DNA of 63,355 nucleotides, the filler included, from Piptocephalis cylindrospora (taxonomy: Eukaryota), in assembly GCA_003614145.1 (NCBI GenBank). It is 27 parts of 27 records of this genome, joined end to end, with 100 filler letters (N's around TTAATTAATTAA, not from the genome) between each part and the next. Parts side by side here need not be neighbours in the genome. Positions count along the whole stretch, not along the records: positions 49,570 to 51,810 come from KZ989029.1; positions 51,911 to 54,147 come from KZ989030.1; positions 54,248 to 56,479 come from KZ989031.1; positions 56,580 to 58,809 come from KZ989032.1; positions 58,910 to 61,027 come from KZ989033.1; positions 61,128 to 63,355 come from KZ989034.1; 21 more parts are not named here. The stretch is one strand, 5' to 3'. The notes under the pieces were generated by a model. The model worked only from the letters and a program-made list of their open reading frames with translations. It made no database searches and was not told the DNA's origin. Made by a program: the position numbers and the translations under genes. Each line of letters opens with the position of its first letter. The stretch's first letter is position 1. This document shows positions 49,470 to 61,265 of the stretch, in pieces.

Positions 49470-51506
49470 NNNNNNNNNNNNNNNNNNNNNNNNNNNNNNN
49501 NNNNNNNNNNNNNTTAATTAATTAANNNNNNNNNNNNNNNNNNNNNNNNNNNNNNNNNNNNNNNNNNNNCCCCCCCCTTGCCGAGTCCATGGATACAGGT
49601 TACCAAATGGGCGGTTGGTATGAGATGGACACATGCTACGGTCACGAATCAATAAATGGCGTTTTCAAATGAAATCAGTATGTCATGAAGGAATGACTAA
49701 CTAGGGGGATATCTTTTTATGATCGGTTGCCTAGACAGAATAGGGAGTGTAAATGTGAGGAGTACTGGCTTTAAGAGGCAGAAAGACGGGGAATGAACGA
49801 TGAAATTGGACCATACCGTCTAGAGGGATAAAGAAGTAGAGACGGGTTCTAATGTTTATATCTCCCTTTATTAACCTGAGATGCCGAGCTTACAGAAAAC
49901 CCAAAGTCGCTGTTGCAGTTTCTAGTCAGATACATGCTCTCCTCCACAAGGACGATCAATTGTCCCATCAGCTCCTCGGAGCGAGAGCGTTAAAAGACAA
50001 GAGGAGGGCTAGGAGTGGAGGGCGGAAAGATCGGCGGTGAAGCCGTGGTGTTGTGACACGTGCTATACTTCACAAACCTACATCGCGAATCGTGGCTTTA
50101 GGACACTCCCCCATCCATCAAACCCTGTGTAATCGTGTTCCTCGATCCTTTTCTTGGCACCTCGTGTCCTAATATTTACTGTATAGTGTGGTGATGAAAG
50201 GCTGCGGGAACGTCCGTTGCATCCTACCCCGTCTCACCTCCCCGTCAACATCTCTAATCCTCACTACCAACCCCAGTTCATGATATGTCCCACTTGCTCC
50301 AAAGAGCCCTCCAGTTCCATCCCCGGGGCAAGATGATGAGTATCAACTTCGGCTTGCCTATGCAACGGATGAACTGGTAGCCTATATGCCCTCTTTTTCC
50401 TAACAATAGCAATGAATGGACGGCCCCGGTGAAGTATTGTGGTTAAAGTTCAACAAAGATGATCACCCGCCTAGAATCGATACGTGTATATCAAGGAAAG
50501 AGATCGAGGAGAAAGGCCCATCAGGCAGAGCAGGCAATGAAGGTGAAAGCGACGCAGAGAGTCGTGCTTCTACATCACATGCCCTTTCCTAGGTAGAGGT
50601 GTCATTGTATCTCAAACAAGGCGTATTATAAACCAGGTACCATGTTCACTACGGATCATGGACAGGTTTCTCGGGACTCTACATTGTTTCTTAAAAAAAA
50701 TGGGATACGTACTGATAACTTCCCAATAGGAGAAGCCGTGTGGCACATCCATCCGTCCGTACCCTCCCGCTGTTATTCTCTTGCAGACTGTGATCATTTT
50801 TTCTTAGAATGACACCAGTAATAATAGATTCAACGGCTTCCTATGGGGACCCAGGAGGAAATAGACATATTGACCCTCCGCCGCCGCTTTTCCTGAAACC
50901 CCCGATTACAGTAAGGTTCATAAGAATACAGACGTATTATTTATTATTATTTATTATGATTATTATCAGCACATTGTTTATGATTATTTATATTTTGACC
51001 CACCCCATCCCCGGTAAACGAAAGCACCGAATATGCCCTGCCATCGCCATGTCCTGCATAGCGGGTGTGTGTGTGTGCGTCCTTGGTCTCCCCCAAAAAA
51101 CGCACAATACGCCACGCGCACCCCAAAAAAACCTCCCCATACACCAACTTATTCGTATACTGAAATAGCCGTGCTTCACGTTGTTTATCATCATCATCAT
51201 GAAGCAGCCGTGCCCCATTGGTTCTCTCTCTCCTCCCTACACTCCCTCTCCCCGTTGGTCCCTGACCTATTCTTGCCAAGGTCTCTCGACTCCCCCATTC
51301 TTCAAACTGGAGACGTCAGTCGGCCTCCTCGTCTCCGACCTGACCAACTACCACCACCCCTGCCGTATCCGTATTTTTGTGCGATTACTTGGCTTTATAA
51401 AAGACTGGGGATACAACGCGCCATTGCGCTCCCCCCGTGCCCCACCTCACGCAAACCGGTTTCCTTCATCTTTGATCATCTTTCCCCTATTCAGTTATCG
51501 CGCGCC

Positions 51507-51810
51507 ATGTCCATTCATCTCACTGTGGTCAAAAGACAAAAGCCAGGGAAAAGTGCCCGGCCCTCCTCTGGTCCCTTCCCCTTAGAGCTAACGCTCTCGG
51601 GGAATGAAGAAAGTCTCGGAGTAGACGATATCCTTGAGGCCATCCACGAAAAGCTTCCCAAGTGCTACCCGGATCGTCAGAGAGTGACGCGGGATAAAAA
51701 GGTCCTGCAGCGTGGTCAGACTCTGGCCTCTCAAGCTGTTCAGAACGGAGATACCCTGGAGTTCAAGGATCTTGGACCTCAGATCGGATGGAGGACCGTC
51801 TTCCTCATTG
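51507..51810 (+). CDS. TSC13: Very-long-chain enoyl-CoA reductase Tsc13/TECR, 3' partial
   Basis: Ubiquitin-like N-terminus with RQR, then the diagnostic FKDLGPQIGWRTVFLI. Confidence 0.92.
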
Positions 51811-52108
51811 NNNNNNNNNNNNNNNNNNNNNNNNNNNNNNNNNNNNNNNNNNNNTTAATTAATTAANNNNNNNNNNNNNNNNNNNNNNNNNNNNNNNNNN
51901 NNNNNNNNNNAGGTTGGTGTGTGCGCATTTTAAGAAAAGGGAAGAGTCCCATATTCTCCAATACATTTTTGATGTCTATCATCATTATTATGTTATGTTT
52001 TTTATGCTGAGTTAACATTGGATGGTAACAGCATGATTGGTCGATTGGTTGGTTTAATATGGTTATACATTGATATTCTCACTTTGCCGTCGCACACAAA
52101 TAATGTGG

Positions 52109-53536
52109 CTATTCTCTCCTGAAAGAGGAAGTGGGCGAAAAATCTGGGGTAAGTAGGTGAGGGCTTTGAGAGGTGGTGTTGGCCCTGTGTCGCTTCTCAT
52201 CCACCATCTTCTGCGAGGAAGTATCATCGTGTCTGCCCTCTCCTCCCATCAAACTGGGAGAAGCGGACACGCTTGCATTGGCGCTGTAGGGACAGGTCAT
52301 CGCCTCACCTTTGTGATTGGATAGGGTGGAGAAGGAGGAGGAACTGAAGGGACATGTCATCTCTTTACCATTCTTGGTCGCGCCCGAAGAACCAAAGGGG
52401 GACTGGTTCCGGTGGTCCATACCTCCTCTTGGAGTGGCTGGGGCCGTAAGGGGGGCTGTTCTGGACACGGCGTCATTCTTCAAGGCCGAAGAGGATCGGT
52501 ATTTGCGCAGGGGAGAAGTGAGCAACCGGCGAATCCTCTTGCCAATCGATAGAATCTGAGGGCTCTGCTTAGTCTCCCGGGGCAAGGCTTCGGGGACAAT
52601 GTCCTTACGAGTAGTCTCGGCTAGTAGGAGGATGATGTCTGCTTGGGTGGACCGTAGGATCAGACCCCCATCCTTGCCTACCGTCTCGTGCAGGACTACA
52701 TCCAAATTTTCGAGGAATGCATCAAAAGTCTCATGGGTCACTATGGCGGACAGTCGAGCATGCGCCCTCCTCATCCGCTCCACATCGTACACGGGTCCCC
52801 CGAGGGCATGTGCTAGAAAGGCAGCTTGCATTCGACGAAGGGCTTGGACGTTCACGCCTAAAAAGTAGGATTGGGTCGTGGGATGGGTAGTGTTGCGCTC
52901 GACCAAGGCATCGGCTAGCCGATCAAAATCACCCCTGGTCAAGGTCTTGGCCGCCATGGCGCAACCTTTTTGCCCATCACTCCACAACCGATCCTCTGGG
53001 GAGATGATGGGGCATCTTGCGGACTCGGACACTTCCTCTAACGGGAGGTGCAGGCCAGGAAAAAATGTTGGGCCTTCATAGTCGGACCCTTTCCTCATTG
53101 TCCTACCCGCATCCTCATCATTCTCCTCTTCTTCGTTGGCATCCTGGCCCTCTAATTCCATGGATCCAGGTCCAAGGGTGAGGTACTCGGCGTAGGCGAT
53201 GACCTCCTCGGTCTTGTGTGCGCTCATCCCACCCACGGATTCTAAAGCGGTGCGTAGATGAAGCACCGCCTTTTCCATGACTCTTCTAGGAACCCGAAGA
53301 CGTTTATGAGCCTTGCGCATGTTCGCTCCGTCATACGGGAGGCCTCCAAGGGCGGCGCAGAGAAATTTAATAAGCATGGCTCGTAAATGTTTGGGGTTCA
53401 ATATCTGATAATATTTCCCCGTTTCCTCGTCCGATAAATTTAATGTCATGTACTTGTCCACTGCGGCAAACACCCGTTCATCATCTAGATGAGGTGACAA
53501 CGTGTGGGAGGCCACGGGGGGACGACGGTTCATCAT
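52109..53536 (-). CDS. Protein with two tandem group-I truncated (2/2) globin domains and a CP-motif-containing disordered tail
   Basis: Intronless, 475 aa. Domain 1: AAVDKY..FLCAALGGLPYDGANMRKAHKRL. Domain 2: SYFLGVN..QAAFLAHALGGPVYDVERMRRAHARL..FDAF. Both match the TrHb1 pattern FL..ALGGP..Y.G..M..AH, with proximal HisF8. Confidence 0.85.
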   Translation of the reverse strand: MMNRRPPVASHTLSPHLDDERVFAAVDKYMTLNLSDEETGKYYQILNPKHLRAMLIKFLCAALGGLPYDGANMRKAHKRLRVPRRVMEKAVLHLRTALESVGGMSAHKTEEVIAYAEYLTLGPGSMELEGQDANEEEENDEDAGRTMRKGSDYEGPTFFPGLHLPLEEVSESARCPIISPEDRLWSDGQKGCAMAAKTLTRGDFDRLADALVERNTTHPTTQSYFLGVNVQALRRMQAAFLAHALGGPVYDVERMRRAHARLSAIVTHETFDAFLENLDVVLHETVGKDGGLILRSTQADIILLLAETTRKDIVPEALPRETKQSPQILSIGKRIRRLLTSPLRKYRSSSALKNDAVSRTAPLTAPATPRGGMDHRNQSPFGSSGATKNGKEMTCPFSSSSFSTLSNHKGEAMTCPYSANASVSASPSLMGGEGRHDDTSSQKMVDEKRHRANTTSQSPHLLTPDFSPTSSFRRE

Positions 53537-54775
53537 GTTATCGCAAAGGGGAAGGTAAGAGAGGAGGGTATGTGTATGGAATGATGTGGAACAGAAAAAG
53601 GAATGGGGGATGGGCTAGGTGGGGCTCTGGGAGATGCCCAAGGAGGCTCTCGTTTTAAGCGTTAGCGGCCACGAAAATGACAGGTCGGGTAATCCAATAA
53701 GCCTTGCTAGTGCGGATCAATTTGAAAGGTCCCAAAGTGTCCATTGTGCAAAAGGGGGATGGCAGATACCAGAAAGGGAGGGAGGACAAGGAATAAACAT
53801 CGGAGGGATCGGGCTGATATGTGGAGGGGTTGGCCTTGTTATGCCCTTGTGAGTCATTTCTCTGGATGACCTTTGGCCTTGTCAGCACATATATCAAATC
53901 CCTTGGTTGACCGAGGGGGGAAGGAAAGACAAGCGGAAGTTGGTTCAACCGAATCCCTGCGTGGGGTGTCTATCTGCTAGCCTAGGACTGGTCTAGACTG
54001 ACCAAGCGGATGTGTGAACAGCGTGCACATCCCTAATCACTCCGGCCCTCACGAAGATGGTACTAGGAAAGATTTATCCCAGTCACCTAGACGAATAGGG
54101 ATAAAGAAAGGGGGCGCATGGCCAAATAAGGTAAACAAGACTGGTGCNNNNNNNNNNNNNNNNNNNNNNNNNNNNNNNNNNNNNNNNNNNNTTAATTAAT
54201 TAANNNNNNNNNNNNNNNNNNNNNNNNNNNNNNNNNNNNNNNNNNNNCCTCAATCTCCTCCCTCTACCCTGTAGAGCTAGCTCCTCCTCTGTGTCTTCTT
54301 TGCCCTGTAGGACTCCCCCCTCTTTGACTTGTTCTTCTTTTCTCTTCCATGTCTTCTCTTTACCCATTTTCCCCTATCCTCCTTTTTTCCCCATGTCATT
54401 CTTACAAGAAATACTCCTCCTTTTTTTTACTCTATCCACCACCCAGTATGCACATGTGTCTAGGCTCCCGATACATCAAAGGATCCCCCCCCCCCCCTTT
54501 CGCATTCCATCCCTGTAGGGCGGCGACACATGTACACATCCCTCCTGCAGGACACTCGCATTCACACACACATCCCTCATTTTCATCAAGATGTCCCAGA
54601 TGAGCCATCCTTCCATAAGCATGTAGGGGGATGGTCGATCGAGTAGGACAGACCCGGGCACACGCCGGCCCTCTCGACGCCTCATCACCACCATGACCAA
54701 GCCGGATCCCTTTTGTTCTCGTGGATCTTTCCTTGGGTGAAGAGCAGGTGGACAGGGTGCACATCACCACCGTTC

Positions 54776-54872
54776 AGGATGGGATGGATAATAGACATAC
54801 CTCTCCCAGGCAGGATGGATGATAGACACACCTTCTCTCCCAGATAGGATGGATAATAAAGACACATCTCCC
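54776..54872 (+). repeat. Degenerate tandem repeat, about 3 x 33-35 bp
   Basis: Unit approximately AGGATGGAT(A/G)AT(A)AGACA(C/T)A..CTC(T/C)CC, repeated three times. Confidence 0.7.
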
Positions 54873-55317
54873 CTCTCGGGGCTTCCGTGAGCGGTCAGAA
54901 TACACATCCTCACGGACAGATCCCATCTATAGAAAGGCATGGATCGACCCACATTGCAATCCATCCGTATATAGCCCCTGACGTCTCGATGGACCCTCGT
55001 CCCCCTAGCCAATACCACGATACCCATTCAATTTTAGAGAACCTTCAAAAGGTATCACAATGAACACCTTCCTAACGATGACCCCCGGCACTGCAGGAGG
55101 GAGAAAAGGCCGCCCCCTGAATGAACCAGCCAACCAACCAACCACACCTGTCAAAGGATACATCGTCGATGTACCGAGGAGGAAGGGGCGGGTGATTCAA
55201 AAGCCGCTCCCACACACAACACTCGTCTTTTAAGCTTGAACGACCTCATCTTTTCTTTTGTATCCCCTCTCTCCGCCATATGCACACATTATCTATCCAA
55301 CCCTCTCCGTATCATCT

Positions 55318-55358
<41 letters not shown>

Positions 55359-55695
55359 ATTTCCCCCTCCTTCCAAGACAGGCACCAGCAGAACCCACAT
55401 CTCCGACACACCAGGTCAACCCAATCATCACCACCAACCTCCTACCCCTCATCTCCTGCCTCGAGAACACTCCCAGCATTACTCCGTGGCACTGATCAAG
55501 TCCATGGCCTATTTAAATGAACCCGCCATTCCCGCGCACCTTGCCCTCCTGCTCCATCCCCCACTCTCCACTTTTTCCTTCCTCTTCTTGATCCCTCCTC
55601 TTCTTGATCCTCCCCTCCTTGATCCCTCCTCCCCCGTTCATCCCATCTTAGCTGTCATCTACTCCTCCCACACCTAATCCACATCCTCATCTGCC

Positions 55696-56447
55696 ATGTC
55701 CTCTTCCTTACGTCTCGGGAGTGTGGCCCCCGACTTTACCACCGAAACCACCCATGGCTTTCTCCGCTTTCACCAATGGCTTGGCTCCTCCTGGGGTTTA
55801 CTCTTTTCCCACCCCGCGGATTTTAGTAAGTCCTCCATCTCAGCTTCACTCGTGTCTGCTAGACCGTCCAACCCATCGCGACATGCATCGTCTTGACCCT
55901 TCAACTCGTCTCTGCTTGTATCGTCTTGGCCGCTCCAACTCGTCTCTGCTTGTATCCTCTTGACCACTCCACTCACCCTTCCTCCCTTCCTCCCTTCCTC
56001 CTCCCCCCTCAACAGCCCCAGTATGCACCTCGGAATTCGGCTTTGCCGCAAACTTGGCCCCGGCCTTCAAGGCAAGGAATGTCAAGGTCATAGGTCTAAG
56101 TGTCGATGACATTGAGGATCATCATGATTGGATCAGTGACATCGAAGAGATCAGCAAGGCCTTCCTCTCCTTCCCCATCATCGCCGACAAGGATCGTGCC
56201 GTCTCCCGTCTCTACGGCATGCTCGACTCGGCGGATCATGACCCTGATAATATTGGTGCTGCCGGTCTCCCCATGACCGTCAGGTCAGTCTTCATCATCG
56301 ACCCTGAAAAGCGCATTCGTCTCATCCTCACCTACCCCGCTTCCTGCGGCCGTAACTTTGATGAAATCATCCGCGTCATCGATTCTCTTCAACTCACCGA
56401 TGCCCATCATGTCTGCACCCCTGCCAACTGGAAACCTGGTGAAAAAG
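55696..56447 (+). CDS. PRX1: 1-Cys peroxiredoxin (Prx6/Prx1 family), 3' partial
   Basis: LRLGSVAPDF..WGLLFSHPADF|TPVCTSE with an intron at 55826-56015, then FPIIAD, TVRSVFIIDP, YPASCGRNFDE and TPANWKPG. Confidence 0.96.
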
Positions 56448-56579
56448 GTACCCTTTTCTCCCCTCCCCTCCCCTCCCTCNNNNNNNNNNNNNNNNNNNNN
56501 NNNNNNNNNNNNNNNNNNNNNNNTTAATTAATTAANNNNNNNNNNNNNNNNNNNNNNNNNNNNNNNNNNNNNNNNNNNN

Positions 56580-58809
56580 AGAAGAAGTGTTGCATCTAAT
56601 TTGGCCCCACCCCCCCCCCCCCCCTTCAAGATTTTTTAATGACAAACGCGGGCGACCCCCCCCCCGCCGCCCCCAGCCCTCAGGGGTATTTTCCTTTCGT
56701 TCCTGCCCGTACCGGGGATAAGCAGATGGTTGGTGGGACGGCGGGGGTGGTGGTGGAGGAGGCGGTGGGGGAGGAGGGGGAGGGGGTAGTGGCTTAGAGG
56801 GTGACGTCGGAGAAGTTTCCGGGACGGAGGGGGAGGAAAGGACATGTGTGATGTGCTGAGCATCTCCTCCCTCATCATCCAATCCTTCCGAAGCCATAGA
56901 GGAAGAGACAGGTGGAGGGGAGGGGGAGGCCCCAAACATGATAGGGGATGGCCGAAAGGGTGAGAGGGGTCGAGTGATAATGGGAAAGTGACCTCCTTCA
57001 CCCTTAGGCTTGGTGGTATCCTGGAGGGCCTCTGATCCAGGTGAACCCTTGGTCAAACTCGGTAACAAACACTTTCCCTGGTTCCCACTCACCACAGCAC
57101 CAGCAGAGGATTCTGATGATGCAGCGAGCTGAGCTCTCTTTTTTGCGTACTCTGCCAGGGACATCCGCATGGCCATTGGGGGTTTGGGCACCACGGGAGT
57201 TTCTACTTTGACTTCTTCCCCCTTCTTTACCTCTTCCTCCTTCTTTACCCCTTTCTCTTCTTTTGCCTCCTCCAGCTCGACCTTATCCAATGTGCCCGCT
57301 TCATCTATTTTCGCATCCTCTGGAACAAGCAAACTGGCTTTGGGGTTTTCATCTGTAGCTCGAACAGAAGATGATTCCTTCACAGGAGTCACAGGGGAAA
57401 TGGATGTCTCTGTGGATCCTCCTGTCGTCAGACTCGAGGTTCCACTAGATCGGGAGGCAAGATCCATTCCACTGCGCTTTCGATAGTCCGCAAGGGATAT
57501 TCGTACCTTGACCTTGGGTTTCTCCACCACCACTGGAGTAGCTGCAATTGGAGTCACCTTCTCCTCCTCCTTTTTCTTCATCTCAAATTCCTCCTTTAGG
57601 ACTGATTGGTTTGAGGGAGGACCAGCGCTCTCCCAATCCATCTTGTCTTTCTTCTCCACCTCAGATTGGATGACCTCCTTCACCGGAGTAGTCATAGTCT
57701 TTCCCTCCTCATCTTCCTCAAGGACCACCTTCCTCCTCTTACTTTTAGTCTCTTGAACCCTCTCCTCCCCCATATCCTCTACATCCATGGCCTCATCACC
57801 CTTGGCCCTCTCCAGGGCCTCTTGTCTCCGCCGTTTCATCTCTGTTCGATCTTCCTTAAATTCTTGGACAAGGGCCTTGCGCCAAAGGAGGGCTCCACCC
57901 ATGGGTCGAACAGCATGGGTCTCCTGGGCCAGATCCTCAAGTTCCCGTAGCCCCCGTCGAATCCTTTCCCGGACTTTTCCAGGGGCTCCAGCTACCCTCA
58001 TGTCCTCCTCATACCCAACTTCCCGGTTCATGGCTTCCCGGGCCAAGGAGCGAGGGGAGGGGGGAGGGGAAGTGGTGGCCTTCCACCCACCTAACCATCT
58101 TCTCATGGCCTCCCATCGGCACGTTCGTACGTCATGACACGCACATTCCATGGAGGAAAGGACGGCTGTGTAGATCCGGGCCATCTCTCTCTCCTCCTCC
58201 TTCTCCTCTTTCCTCTTAGTAAGGGCATCATTCCCGGCCTTATCTGTGGTTGCAGACACGGCCCGTTTACCACGACCGGTAGCAAGGGTGGCTGGAGTGG
58301 TTTGACCACCTCGGGCACCCCCTCCCTTCTTCCCTGGCAAAGGCTCCGGAGGAGGTGGGGGCTTGGAGCAAATGTGATCCGGGTCCCAAGACCAAGGTAA
58401 GGTGAGTTCCTCCCCCTTTCCCACGGCCCTCGTGGCAAAGATGGCCAGGCGAACCTTTGAAACACTCTCCTCCTTACCATTTCCCTCTTCCTGCCTCTGC
58501 CCCTCCCCTTCCCTCTCCACCTCTACTTCGCCCATCTCCTCGTCCTCCCCAGAGTCCACCACGACAGATCGTAAACAGCAATTGGGTCGACAGGACCGCC
58601 GAATAAAACGCATCTCATTCCCCACTAACCGAGCATCAACTACGAGGGTCAGAGGTCCGGAAGAGGGATGGGGAAGGACATAAGGTTTCTCGATCCCGAG
58701 CAGGCTGTACTGTGAAAGGGGATCGGATACATACACAGAACGGGGGTACATCTCACCTAAGACTTCCCCAATGCATCGTCCCTTCCCAATTTCCCCATGC
58801 GTGCGGGAG
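56580..58809 (-). CDS. SET-domain protein, Set3/Set4/MLL5-like, internal fragment with a long low-complexity tail
   Basis: KPYVLPHP..LVVDARLVGNEMRFIRRSCRPNC..LAIFATRAVGKGEELTLPWSWD..CAC. RRSC replaces the catalytic NHSC, as in Set3. Two SLA(D/E)Y motifs downstream. Confidence 0.88.
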
Positions 58810-58999
58810 NNNNNNNNNNNNNNNNNNNNNNNNNNNNNNNNNNNNNNNNNNNNTTAATTAATTAANNNNNNNNNNNNNNNNNNNNNNNNNNNNNNNNNNN
58901 NNNNNNNNNGTCATCTTTTACTACCTCCCTTTACGCCCCTGTCAATCCCAAACGTTAACGTACCTCTCCATTGTCGCGTCTCCTCATTACGTCTATACC

Positions 59000-59149
59000 A
59001 TGAAGCTCTTTAGTCTTGCTCTCCTTTCCGTCGTTGCGGTCGTTGCTACCGTCGTCCAGGGGGCTCCTCTGCCTCCAGACCGTCCTTCAAAGCCCGCCCT
59101 CCCCGAAGGCCCTTACCCTCGTCCTGTCCGGAAACCAAGACCACAATGA
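59000..59149 (+). CDS. 49-aa secreted proline/arginine-rich peptide precursor
   Basis: ACC-ATG start context; MKLFSLALLSVVAVVATVVQG-APLPPDRPSKPALPEGPYPRPVRKPRPQ; tandem TGA TGA stop. It falls below the ORF-track length cut-off. Confidence 0.75.
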   Translation: MKLFSLALLSVVAVVATVVQGAPLPPDRPSKPALPEGPYPRPVRKPRPQ

Positions 59150-60070
59150 TGATCTACCAAGAACACGACCATTTAGTCTGAGTCTCTCCTGCTTCACTGC
59201 TCCTGGGCGTTTGTTTTGGCTATAAGATAACCTTTATATCCGTGGATCATGATGTCTTTCCGGTCATGTCTAGCGTGGAAATGTCAGGTTTAAATGCCTT
59301 TTTCCTTCCGGTGTGACCCGAATGCTGCTCTTCCGTCATGCAATCTTCTATATCCATCTGGCTTACTGATAAATCTTATTTGACCGATCCAGTATCCATT
59401 TTCCTCTTATGTATTATGTTTCATCATGAGCCTGGGTGTATGCTGAAGCGGTCTAGCGGCGGACACATACCATCCTAATGATACTTGGGCCGACCCATCA
59501 AAGATTCCGCACGGGGTGATATCGCATCAAAGACAGTACTGGATCCAGTGCTCTAGGGTCAATCTTCATTCATTCTTCTTTCCCTTCTGATATGGTATTC
59601 ATTTAGGGATTAGGCGGTGGGCTTATCGGCCCCATGGCCCGTTTGATCGCTTGTCCCAGGAACCCTTTTATAGGATATCCCTTGGTCACCATTCGACTTG
59701 CAGATGCAGACCTATATCCACACTACTTTATTTCCCTCCCTCTTCCAGGGCACTTGTCCCAACCCTGGAATGGGAAGGGCAGATGCTGCAACCCTTGCCT
59801 GCATTCCCTCCCCTCCCATCTATCTTATCCAGGGATGCCGCTCAAGGATGACGGAATCCAAGCGGATATAACCCAGCCAGCCCCGACTCTGTTTTTCCAC
59901 TCCGCCCAGATGGTCCAAACCTCCTACTTTCCCTCCTTTCCTTTTCCCTTCTCCTCCAAACCACCCCTTTCCATTTAACCCATCTCTTTATCGTTCTTGT
60001 TTGTGCTTACCTTCCCCTCGTGAGATTCTTATTTATTTGTTCCTTCATCCAATCCTCCTGCTCCCAGACC

Positions 60071-61024
60071 ATGTTTCTACACTGGCTGGTCCAGCAGGGC
60101 CTCCTCTCTACCGATCAGGGTGAGTGTCTTGTCTAGCCTGGCCTGGAGGCAATGCTGGGCTAACGGGTGACTTTAGAAGCCCTTCTACCTCCACTCACTC
60201 CCTTTCCCCTTTCTTCATGTCAACGTAGACACTAATATTCTAACTACGTATCCCTTGGAGGTTCGTCGGACCATGATCCAGCCCTTGGTCCAGTTCCACG
60301 CATCACCCATGGGAGCCACCTGGTGTACCCAATCCTACTCAGTCCATCATGTTCGATGGACCACGGAGGTCCTTGGTGCCGCTTTTACCCTTCCCATCCA
60401 GGACGCTCCCTGGTCCATGGAGCCCGTCATCTCCGTCTACTCCCGATGGCTGGTTGAGTCCTCTGTGAGACCCTTGGTCATCCAGCAGTCCGATCCCAAT
60501 TCCGATATTAAACAGCGTTTTCTTCGGGTAGGTTTTCATTTGCTCTCCTGCCCCCATCACTCCCCTTCTCTTTCCCCTTTTCTCTCATCCTCTCCTTCAA
60601 CTCATCCCGCATTCCCTTCCACTCCCCAATAGGACATTATTTCCCATGCTTCTTTGATCTTTGAGCCCGATCGTGGCTCTCCCCTCCCCCTCAACTCGGA
60701 AACATTAGCCTCTAGGTCCTTCCAGGCCTATGTAGAATGCTGTAGAAAGGTTTTAAAGATGTACGCCATGGCCGGGAGGCTCTTGTCAAATGACATGGAC
60801 AGCCTTACTTGGCAAAGCCTGTTGGGCATCGTCCTTGGTATCGCTGATCGTCTCTATACCATGAAATCCTCCCACCCTGCCTTTGGTCTCTACCGGGAGC
60901 TCTCTGAAGATTTAATGCGTACCTTGTGTGAGCTCTGGCTTCGTTCCGGCATCCATGACCCTCCTTTATGGTCATTTCTCTCTGATCGTTTTCTCCTCTG
61001 GAGGGCTAGATCTGACCCGGTTAG
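60071..61024 (+). CDS. RALGAPB: Ral GTPase-activating protein beta subunit-like N-terminus, 3' partial
   Basis: MFLHW..DQ|DTNILTTYP..HVRWTTEVLGAAFTLP..VYSRWL..LIFEP..TWQSLL..LCELWLRS..LW..W is colinear with the animal RalGAPB N-terminus (MYSEW..SVLHSYP..VKWTMEVI..LTLP..VYTDW). Confidence 0.78.
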
Positions 61025-61265
61025 GTANNNNNNNNNNNNNNNNNNNNNNNNNNNNNNNNNNNNNNNNNNNNTTAATTAATTAANNNNNNNNNNNNNNNNN
61101 NNNNNNNNNNNNNNNNNNNNNNNNNNNTCATCCTTCCATCTCAGCACAGTCCAGCGCATCATTCATTCCTCTCTCCCTGTCCTTCCTGGTTTATCATTTC
61201 TCTTTCCCTCTCTTGCCCTCTTCACCCATCCTTAGTCCTGATCCTCTCCCCCATTCCCTTTCAGG

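Noticed and set aside
50190..50595. Possible decayed two-exon gene upstream of TSC13
   Set aside because: It has coding-like composition, but I could not build an open, spliced model or recognise a family.
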